A program made the translations under genes and the position numbers. Under the pieces are notes generated by a model. The model saw only the letters and a list, made by a program, of their open reading frames with translations, searched no databases and had not been told where the DNA came from. Below, one piece after another: positions 27,701 through 39,700 of a stretch of DNA of 64,000 nucleotides (position 1 is the first letter of the stretch; each line of letters begins with the position of its first letter). Source of the DNA: Tubiluchus corallicola (Eukaryota > Animalia > Priapulida); the NCBI GenBank assembly GCA_030141605.1, contig JAQGDQ010000268.1, forward strand, positions 81,305 through 145,304, read 5' to 3'.

Positions 27701-30700
27701 ATGATGGATTAACTGATGTATGTAACTATCTGTGATGTGACAGAGCTGAGAAATAAAATCTCTATTGGGTCTTCTCAACTTTTTGACCTTTTCTGTTTTA
27801 GGTATTGGATTTGCAACTACGATTATAGTGTTTTACCTAAACTGCTATTACAATGTTATCCTTACATGGTCGCTGCGATATCTGTTCGCATCATTCCAAA
27901 AAGAACTTCCGTGGGGTACCTGTAATAACACCTGGAACACGCCAGAGTGTAGCGTTAGCTTCCAGACCGAACAAGGTAACGACACCTTGGTCAATAACTC
28001 CTCTAATGGTGAACTTGTGGATGCTGTGACAGAGTACTGGACGTAAGAGTTAAACATAAAATTACTCTGTTAATAAAATCTTCTGCCAATGCACTAGATT
28101 CAGTTTTTCTATGATGCATAGTAGTAATTAGTCACTTGCCTTGTTTTGACACACATCCTAATGGTTTTTCTTTTGTTTACTTGTAAGATGACAAGTTTTT
28201 GTTTGCCTAGGGTCGTGTTGCTACTGGGGCACCCCTGGTGACTGATGACATTCAAAGGTGGCTCGAGAGTTTCATCATGAAACTGTTTATTTTTATCTAA
28301 GATATATTTATAGTAAAAATATTAAACACGTTATAAATATCAATTAAGTTTATTTGTTATTGCTAGTAGTAAACAAACATGTTAAAGTATCCTGCATGCT
28401 GTCTCATGCTGCAGCAATTACTGGGTCTGGGGACTACATATTTGAAGTTTCAAACTAACATATTTATAAACATCAATAAAGGACACTATAAAGGAAAAAT
28501 CAAAGCATCTAACCTGCAAAAATATTTTGGTATTTTCTCGGGCTTTGCATGGACATGGTTTTCCTAACAGCAACACAGTTTTCTAGAAATCTAATAGCTA
28601 TATGATGTTATTTTTTGTATAAATTAATATTTTATAGCCACATATAATGTAAGCTAGCAGCTAGTGCTTTAGCATCTAGCCTAACAATTAGTCTGTAGTG
28701 TGAGCAACACATTTAACACCGGATTTTGTAAGATTGCTTGTATTAGAGTAATAAATTCTGAATGTATAATTCATTAGCCAAGGCATTTTATTAAAACTCA
28801 TAAAAACTGCAGTTATATTTTTCTGGTTTCGACTTATTTAAAAATAATTTCTTTTTAGCTTATCAGATTTTGAAATTCTGTTTTTACAGACTCAAAGTTC
28901 TTCGACTGTCGGATGGAATTGAATATCCTGGTAAAATTAATTGGGATCTTGCACTTTGTTTGTTGCTGGCATGGATTATTTGCTACTTTTGTATATGGAA
29001 GGGTATTAGGACTTCCGGAAAGGTAAGTAAGATATCTGGCCGTTAAAAATGCTAATAAAATAAAAGGTTAGTATGTAAAAATGCAACGTAAAGAGCCGAC
29101 GAAAAATTTGAATGTTATCAACAGCAAATATTGTCAATGCTGTATGGTATTTTTAAAGCCTTCTTGTTTCAACAAAGTGATTTGGGGTGCTAAAATGAAA
29201 CGTTTCACCTTTGTACTTTTCTCTTTAAAAACTCTTAAATGTTCTGCAGTCTGTTTGCAATGATGACATTTTCAAGATGCTATCATTGTTTGTTGAACAT
29301 ATCAACACGTTTTTGACAGAAGGTCACTCATAAAGTACCCAGAGGTCTTTTTGCACTAGCCAAAATTTATTTAGAAAATTGTTCGGCCGCTCTGACATTT
29401 GCCAGCAAAATTAAATGAGCTGATTGTGGGTCTTTTGGACTGCAAAATGTGTAACATAAATTTGAGGCAACCGAAATCTATTTTCATTGCTGACGGTGGC
29501 AAATGTTACTCTCTTGTAATGTTATTTCAACAGCTACAGAGGAGGTTATTTTCAATTCTGCACTAGTCAACATCGAATTATCATGTTTTCTTTAACAAGT
29601 AATACAGACCATGTGATGCTCTAAGTTTATTTGCTTTAATTTCTGTGTAGGTGATGTATTTTACTGCTACAAGTCCATATGTTTTTATGACAATCTTACT
29701 AATACGAGGAGCAACCTTGCCTGGTGCCAAGGATGGCGTAATTTATTACTTGAAGCCAAATGCCACTCGTCTGTTAGACATTCAGGTATGGAAAAGCAAA
29801 ATCAAATAAAATTCATGGATGATGTGAACCCCTAGTTATTGAATTCTTCAAACTAAACTTTGCCAAAGGGCAGGAAGATGTGAAAAAATTTCGGCTGAGG
29901 TGGGATTTGAACCAGGAACATTTGTGTTACGTCCAGTGTCTTGACCAGATAAGTCACCTTATGATTATGGCATGCCCTCTTCAGTCTTTCAGTTCTTGAT
30001 CTAGTAGATCAAGTCTTTCAGTTCTTTTCTCACCAACTAATACAAGATTTTTACTTGTCAGTTTGTTGATATCTTTAACTGATAATTTTGAAATGAAAAT
30101 TATAGACAGCTAAAACCAGTAAAACCAGCTATAGACCAGTAAATTCGCAAGTGTAATTGCTGTGTTACAAGCTCTGGCAAACTATAGTCAAACTTTTTTG
30201 TTTTGACCACCTTTCTATATGCCTGCTTTAGAATATTTATTAGTCTTAGAGCAATTGCTCAAAACAACGTCTTTCTCGGTTTTTACCAGCTGATATCGCT
30301 GATTACTAAAACAGGTGTCCGTTCAAGGTATCTTTAAAAGAATTTACTAAAGTATGTGGAGTGATCTGGTCTATAAGCTCTACACTTATTGCAAGATTGT
30401 TTATCCCAGGAATTTTTAACTCAGTCAGGTGAGGAGATAAACTTAATCTGTGTTAACTGCCTTTGTCTGGAGCAGAAAAGAAGAACGAGTTATTTTGTCC
30501 ATCCTGCCACTATTACTGCTTGGCAGTTCGTTTACTAATCAGGTTTACTTGGAGTTGCATTCACTGGTGGTCGAGGCAGAAAAAACTTGGAACTCATTGA
30601 ATGACAAACAAAACGTTTATTATGGCAGTCAAAATTAATTTCACAGAAAACAATTAAAACTTTATAACATTGTCAGTTTCGGCAACCCTGGACCTGCCGT

Positions 30701-33700
30701 GAGGACATGTGATGTTTCTTCCTCTCAAACCTTAGTGCAGAGCAAAGACACGTCATTATCACTTTCTCACTCACTCACATCTATGCATATCCACATCTGC
30801 AAATTCGCAGATGGGTGAAATTTGAACATCAGCGTATCTGTAAGATCCACAATATGTAGGCAAAAACTAGACTTCCTATGTGTGCCCTATTGTGTTAGGA
30901 ACCATTTTTTTGGATGAAGTTATAATCACTAATCAGTAATGAATTACTAGCCAGACCTCGTAAAGGAATTTTGCTTGTAAACCCTCAACGAAACTCACAC
31001 CACATGATATACATACCCATCACACCACACCACAATAGGCTTGAGTAAAAAACTGTTATATTAGTAATTATAAGCAATGTTTTGCGTCTAGGAATTTTCA
31101 GGTGAATTATCGGGAAGCAGCAAAAACAGGAAGCAGTGATGAGGACATCTTAAATTAAACTAGCGATGCGTAAGGGAATGCTTAACGAGTGCTTAACAAA
31201 ACAAAAAATGTACTGAAATTGGTTAAACCTTTTGTGCAGACAATTTATCTTACACACGTGTCTTTTGCATCCCATAATTTCGCTTAAAATCCACAATTTT
31301 AAGCATCAAAAATCTGCAATCCGCATATGATTCACTAACCGCAATACACAAATCTGCAAAATTAGTACACAATCCACAACCGCGTGACCACAAATCCACT
31401 GTCTGCCCATCTCTGGTGCAGCGTGCCTGACCAACCCACAAACAATGCCAGTGCGCACGCAGTTGAAATTTAGAGAAATTGCATCTTTGCACAATCTTCT
31501 AGATAACACACTAAACTCACGGCAGTTACAGCCACGTATGCACGACTTAAAACTATACTCATCTGAATCTCTTTCAATTATTTTTACAGACGTGGGTGGA
31601 TGCAGGCACGCAAATATTCTTCTCTTATTCGATCTCACTCGGTACGCTGACTGCGCTCGGCAGCTATAATTTGTACCATCATAACTCCCACAGGTATTTG
31701 CATTGTGATGCCACAAAATTTCCATCAGTGTTCATTTAAATTGCTACAGAAGAGCTATTTAACAGAGCATCATATATACATATATGAAGATGTTTCTTTA
31801 GGTAATTTCAAGTCAACAAGCCTTTTCACAGTTTCTGTGATTGATGGTAATCGTGAAAAGGTCAAAGGTTAAGTGTGCCAGTGAGGTTATACAGAAGCGT
31901 CTACTTAGGTGGATTAGACATGTAATTAGATTACCACAGGATTCTCCACTTACCACAGCGTTACACTAAGCACTAATATATGGGAAGAAGCCAAGATGGA
32001 AAAAGCTGGTCACGTACCTTGATGTTCTGGAAAAATTTATTAAATACTCCACTTGACTTAAACAACCTAGATACTTGTTGACATGTAGCAACAGACCGGG
32101 GAGTATGGCATCAAATTATGAGTATTGCATAACGGAAGCACTTAAGATGTTGTACCAGACAACACGTTTGTGTACACTTGACAATGCCTCGCAGCCCAAG
32201 CTATTGTAAGAATAACAGTTTTAACAACTAGCTAGAACGTTTCCTAATTCATTTTTTCTTATTCCAAAGCAAGATCTTGCTAGTAAATCACTCTATGCAT
32301 ACACTGATGCATAATTAAGTAAAGTCCATGTAAAACAACTGAAGCAACAGACGGCTTTGTTTTACACATATGTCACATGGTACTTGCAGTTAAGACGTGT
32401 TGCTGTGGTGCACTTAACCTTTGACCTGCAGCAACTGTGCGTGCGCACAACGAAACTATGAAAAGGCTTATTAAAGCAGTTTGTGTGGCATGCAAGTTCA
32501 CTTTATAGTAAATGTTTACTTTTTAATAGAACAAAATCATTGCTACAAAACTTCACTGATTAAATTGGTGTTCTGATGAGTGAAAGATGTGAGTCTACAT
32601 GCAAGTTGTTTCTTAGAAAAGCTTACTAGCAAATGGTTATTTTTATACATTTTTTGGCACTATCACTTTTTGCTAATCTAATGTTTCACACGTACATGTA
32701 TAACTAACATCATGATTGATTTTAATATTGGTTTCCATTTTCCTGTCCAGTCTAATGTGAAGTGATGTCAAAAATTTATAGTTGCTTGTTACTGGTTCAT
32801 TGTTAGTTGTCCTTGGGTTTCCTATCTGAGACATTTTAACACCTTACTATATACTCTGTTGTGGCAGTGTCACTTTTCAATTGGAAATTGCATTAAAGAC
32901 ACATGTTTTTGTGCTGCCATCTGTAAGAATATTTACAAACTATTTTAGGGATTCCATCATATTTGCATGCTGTAACAGCGGGACGAGTTTCTTTGCTGGT
33001 TTTGTCATCTTCTGTACATTAGGCTTCATGGCACATGAACAAGGGCGGCTGGTGTCCCAAGTCGCCGAATCTGGTAACATTTCTATTTTGGATTCATGAA
33101 TATTCACAAATTCAGATAATAATAAGTCAGCCCTCCATGAAATAGTATATGATTTATACTTGGATTATATCTAAGCATATTTTGTTGTATTTTTTATTAT
33201 GCACACATTGCTTTTGTGTATAATAATGCATTTGTTAGATAAATAATAATTGCTTAGCAAAAAAATTAAACTTGTTTAAATATTAATTAGGCTTTATTTC
33301 TTGTTTAATCAGCGCACATTTCAGGGATTTGAATATGCATGTTTTCTAGTAACATCACACTCAAAGTAAACAACATGTCTCAGATGCTGTGTTGCCTACC
33401 TTATATTTGATGAGCCCTTGGTTTTTGTGGATAAAAAAATGTCTGACATCAGTTTTCGTGGAATCGCATTAAATTCAAATTCTAAACTTTTCATTAATTT
33501 TACAGTTTTCTTCATATAAGTCAATATGACAAGGCATGGGCGTATCAAGACTTGACGACGCCCTAGACTGATAGATCTGTCTCGCCAATCTGTGTTGTGA
33601 ATTTATGATTGATGATGTATTGAACAGATTAGACAATTACTTGTAGTGTGTTAGTAATACTATGAAGCTAGTTTCTACGTGGTTACAGTTAATTACGTGT

Positions 33701-36700
33701 ATATGTACGTGTATATGAAGTGCGCTTATATACAAGCAGTAGAGGCAACTGTTTATTGCATAGTACCTTGTACTTGTCCGTTATATGGCACTTATATAGC
33801 ATGTCTTCTCAGTAACTGCCTGTGGTGTGTTATGCAATGATTTTTTTACGTGAATATGAACGGATACACATTTTCCAAGGAGAATAAGATTTTTTTTAAA
33901 TTAGGCATCTAAAATGTGCTGCCTAGGCTATAGCCTAGTTAGCCTATTGGTTGATACGCCCCTCTGACTAGGTTATGAGTGTTACCATCCTTGATTTTCA
34001 GATTTTTTTGGGTTGAAAATTGTGACAAGCATTGTAACAAAAATAATATTTTCATTTAGGTCCTGGTTTGGCGTTTGTGGCTTATCCTAAAGCTCTAACT
34101 AAGATGCCAGTAGCGCCTTTGTGGTCCGTCTTCTTCTTTTTTATGGTCTTACTACTAGGGTTGGACAGTCAGGTATGGGATTATCTATGTGCAACTGTCT
34201 TACATTTTTAGAAGATGTACATTAGTGATGTAAATCGATTCGATTCGATACACTTTAAAACGATACAAAAGGATTTGCTCGCTTATATACTACTATAACA
34301 TTATAATTATACTATTACCAATACACTAAGTATATCAGTAATTGACAAAACACTAATAACAATACGTGTAGTACCGAAATAACATTTATTCAATTGTATA
34401 AAACTTTTTGGAAAAAAATTCTTGCTCTAAGTTTCACAAAAATTAACAAATTGATGTTATTAGAATCAGAATCAAAAAAAGAAAACTGAGGAATTTCACC
34501 ATAATAATAATTTCGTAAAAACACATGCAAGAAACTCGCTTTTCCACAGACGCTATCATATGTAACCTTCAAAACTTCGGGTGCACTTTTGTTTTTCAAA
34601 TGTGTTGGCAGAGACTTCTTCCAAATTGTCGAATATGACTGCAACACACAATTTTGTCGGTACGTTAGAGGTTTTTTGGAAAATCGGTACGATAGTGGGA
34701 AAATTTTCGTATCGATTCGATACCATACAAAATTGTATCGATAATTATCGATTCGATGCTGTATCATTTACTATCACTAATGTGCAGTTTTGTTTGAGTT
34801 TGCTTACCTTTCACTTTCAGATTGATTGATTGATAGCAGAAGTTATGAATAAAACAAGAATTAAAAACAAATATAATCTGACCAAATGTATAAGACTCTA
34901 TGTTTGGCAAATTTAATTTATAAATTTTTTCCTTGCCGTTGTGACAATTCCTATATTGGTCAGACTGAGAGATGCTGCTTCAAGTATCCAGTGCATGAAC
35001 CACTTACGTGTAAATTTTTGTATTTTACTTTCCATTTGCCACCAAAAAATTTGTGATGAAGCTATTACATATAGGACAACCTTGAAATTGTGGATTTTGC
35101 CAATTTTTACATAAATACTAATCAAGGAAGGAGGAACATTTCACAAACACTTTAAAGCCATAGAAAATTTAAGACTTCAGATATAATATATGATTTTCCA
35201 TAATCTACGGTGTCATACATATTATGTCATTATCATAATTGGTATCCATAGTTATTGTGTAATAAGAATATTTAACAGTAAAGACAAATATTCTGGACAG
35301 ATAGAATATTCTCGGAATGTCCTGTGAGGTAGTCAATGAATACAATTAATTTTTCATTTAATGCAAGCATTGTTTCTTACAAGTGTTTTCAGTGCTCACA
35401 GTATTTTTGTTTTTACAGTTTGTTGGTATAGAGGGTTTCATCACAGCTTTAACGGATATATGGCCAAACAAGCTTCGTAGGAAAGGAAATAGAGAAATTT
35501 TTATAGCCATTGTTTGTGCCTTTTCATTTTTGGTTGGACTTAGTATGGTCACAGAGGTACTGTAAAAAAATTTCTAACTAATAGCTGTTGCGATATTTTA
35601 TTATGTTATTATTGTTATTATGTTAGTAACAAGCATACTATTACTATGTTGTGGTTTATTTCAGCTTTGAATCAGAAAATTTCACATTTCCAGATTCCGT
35701 TATTTCTTTTACTTGTAATGTACAAGTTTTTTTTGTGTTATTAATGATTAGATGGTGTTGTTATCTGCTTGCTAGCTAGTTCAGAAAGCTTCTCAATAGC
35801 TTTAAAGTAAACGAAATCTGGTTGTTAGTGAAATCTCCTGGTTGACAACTAGATTTAGATTTGTATTTAAAATTCAAGATATTAATCGGGTTTTAAACAA
35901 AATTATGAATCTATAAAAATGTACAGTAAGTCCTCGCTTAACGACACTAATGCGTTCCAACAAAATGTGACATTAAGCTAAACGTCGTTAAGCGAGGAGT
36001 TGTTAAGCAAGGACTTACTGTACACTAAATATTGGTACAGACACCTATGAAATGGATGGCTATTTTTGCTTATGTGGGGATAGATAAGATTTTCCAAACT
36101 AATAATATGTAGAATATTAAAATGTTGAGTGCCCTGATAATAGGTAATCGAGTTAAATTTATAGTCTTTAACAAATAGACCTGTATTAGACCATCATGTT
36201 ATTTCAACTGAACTTATTAAGTCATAACTGTAATAGGTGGCAGCATGTACTTATTCCAACAAAAACTAACTTGACTTCACAATATGGGAACATGGAATTA
36301 ATTCTTGATGACAGTACTGCATTGATTAACAGTAAAATCTCATGATAAAGATAAACTAAAAAGACACCATGGTGTAGCTTGTCTTTTATTTCATAATGCA
36401 AATTTGTAGCTATATACTACAAGAGTATCTTAATGTTATTTTTCAGGGAGGAATGTATGTTTTTCAAATATTTGACTACTACACGGGCAGCCGAATTATA
36501 CTATTAGTAGCATTGTTTGAATGTATAGTAATTGGCTGGATTTACGGTAAGCTTTGATCTTATGTATGCTACCTAAAGATTGCTTTTAAAGCAGGCTTTG
36601 TCAGGTAAAGCTAGGCCTATATATCTAGTTAAATTAATGCCAGTTTTCCTAGGTAAATCTACTTGGAGCATGCCACCATGCTAATGACATTCTCACTTAC

Positions 36701-39700
36701 ACATGCTAAAATAGTGTCGTTTGGGCCTTTTGATGAAAATGACTTGAATGAGGAATTTAGTGTTAAGTACATATTTGGCAGAAAAACCAGAAATACATGG
36801 GAAAATATGCTATATAATGTTGTCAAATTGCTGTACAAAACTAATGTTACATAGGATTTTCTACACACTGAAAAAATGGAGACAGGCAGATTTTTTAGCT
36901 GCTTGTCCCCATTTCCGATAGAAAAAATTGCTAAATTTGCAACCTGTATGTATGATCTTATTAAAGAGCAAAGAATATTAAGAGTCACTATCAAGGATGT
37001 ATGAGCATTCTACATAGTAATTCATAATATTTGTTGCCCTTTAATAAGATAATATAAATATGGTATATATACATATATACCGTATTTATAATATTGTATA
37101 TCATTTGCTAAAGCATACTATATTATTTTGATTCTTTTTCTATAAAAAGAGTCAGATGAACATATTTAGAATTGTTTGTCTTGGTGGAGATCTGCTTTCT
37201 ACTGAATGCAAATTTAGTTTCTTAAGGTATTGAAATGGTTGCAGGTATTAATAGGTTCTATGATGACATCGCAGACATGTTGGGATTTCGTCTAAACCGC
37301 TTCTTCTGGATTTGTTGGTTGGTTTTAACACCCTTATTTAATATAGTAAGTATGTATGTGCTTGCATAGCAAAATCGTCCATAAATTGGCAAATAAGCTT
37401 TTCTAGTTATTCACATATCCTGAATCTTCATTTCATGAGGATCATTACCGTGCTCGTTGCTCTGTTATTTCTAAGCTGAGATAGTCCACTTTGAAGTTGA
37501 AGTGCATGCTACGAACTAAAAAAGGTAACCTTCAGAAAATCACTGTTAAAGTTAGCCATTGTTTTTTGTCGCATTTCTAAAAACACTTAGTAACTGCACA
37601 AATGTTACTATGGACTTTGCAAGAATACTTTGAAGTTATGTTGTGTAAACACTTTCTTGACAATTTGATGCTAGAATATAAAAGTCCAATATATTTAGCG
37701 TTGGTTTTTATAAAAAACAAAAATTTGACATTTATTCAAATTTTTGGTGCATTCTACTTTGAAGCATCATAACATAGTTTTAACTATGCCGACTTATGGA
37801 CAGTTTTGGTTTGCAAGCACACATATAGTGCTTTCCTACTTGCATTTTTATAGAAAAAGTATTTGAAACATCCTGTAATGTGCTTCATCCTGTAAAGTGC
37901 TTCACATTTCTTCATCCTGTAAAGTGCTTCACTTCCTGCAGTTGTTTTGCACACATAATCGCTGATAAACTGATATTTTACTAGTTTCAGAAGTAACTGA
38001 GAATCATTTTCTTGAGTTTTTTACTGAGTATAATTATAGGACATCTGAGGGCACATAATTATCGAACTTCTTGGTCTGCTATATTATTGTGACATGCTGC
38101 GCCATCTAACTGCTAGCGGGTAAAAAGCTACATTGCGTTCTTCATGTCTATGACTTTGGTAATAACATAACAATATCATCTGCTTGTCGTAATATTATTA
38201 TCTTTGGTTTACCCGCTCGCTGTCGAAGCCTTCGTGCCATGTATGCGTTATCGATTTTTGTATTAAATGATCACTCCGTTTATAGTGTTGAGCTCCATAC
38301 GCATACAAGTTTTTTAAAAATCTTTATTTCACTAAATTAAACGTATGCAGTAATATACGATAATATAACAATTGAAACCACTCAATTGATTTTGCACTTT
38401 TTTGTTTTCTACTTTAATTCAGTTTTATGTGTAGCTTTTGAAATGAGCAAAGTAGAAGAAGACACTTATGGCGATGACTGTCCAGTAACCTATTTTGGCT
38501 CAATATAAGATTCACTTTTACTTTGTTTCAATATATATTTGCTTCCGCTGGTGGAGTTCTCCTTAATTGAGAGTGAATTCCGTTATAAAGCAATTATAAT
38601 CTTTCGTTTGTGATTTACATACGACAGATAACACAGATTTAAACTCGCGTAGTATTAAGATGTATATATAATAATCATTTATTGCTTCGGAACCAATAGT
38701 TTATTCATCAAAACTTACACACAATAGCTTGAAGCAATCAGTAGCAATAAGAACACTAATTCACTGTAATTATCTTTTATACGATAATAAATGTTACTGG
38801 CACGGTGAATCTGTCGTTACTTGTCCGGCTTCATTACCATTTGCATTGCAAATGAAAGAGATTGCCATCCAAACCTAACAGCGTGCTTTCAACAGTAACA
38901 ACTAATCGAACAATTTGTGAAGCGACTTCACAAACTGCTATCTCAGTTTACGCGGGAAAAATAAGTCATAGATTTACAATACTGAATCAGCTTCGGTCAC
39001 AGTTACAGACACATAAGAAGAAGATACATAGGCATTTTATTGAAACATGACAGCATTTTATTTCAAAAATGTCTAGTGCATCACAACTTATTTGCCAGAA
39101 TTTAGTGTCAACTCGAAAACAAGTAGAAAGATCAGTTAGTGAGCCAATTAAATGATGTGTGATTATCAGTATTAAGGTCAATCATAATTGTAATCATTTT
39201 GCTGTATCTCTTGCAAATAATATTATGTGCTCAGCAACTTAGATAATCACCATCAGGCAATAATGGACAAGGATTTCCGTAAAAGTTTAACTTACAAGAC
39301 AGTGTGGTTTATAGTGCAACGCAGAAATAAAGTCATGGTATCCTTGTGATCAAGTCACATTGGACATGACTCGCGCCCAAGGTGAGCCAGTGCCTATAAG
39401 TGTCTGATCCCTAATTTTCCCGCTCCCAATTGTCCTGGATGCACTCACCTATACATATACTTGTTTATTAACCTTCATTTTATATGAGTACCGTGAAGTT
39501 AACCCAAGTGTTCATTCACAAATATAGAATACTTCCTGCATTAAGTACGGTCGTTTTTTTCGTAAAACAATTTCTGTGCTGGTTACTTTTTTGCACAAAT
39601 TGGTTAAAATAAACTACTGATCTCTCTGGACTAAGGAGCTGCTTTAGAAAAAAATGAAGGTATGAATGTAAGCCCAGAAAAATACAATTCACGTAACCGA

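Noticed and set aside
31250-31725. 139-aa minus ORF and 74-aa plus ORF
   Set aside because: Overlap a MITE and the true SLC6 exon 6, which is in another frame
29786-32948. Apparent missing TM6 exon suggesting an SLC6 pseudogene
   Set aside because: Exon found at 31590-31693; the gene is intact
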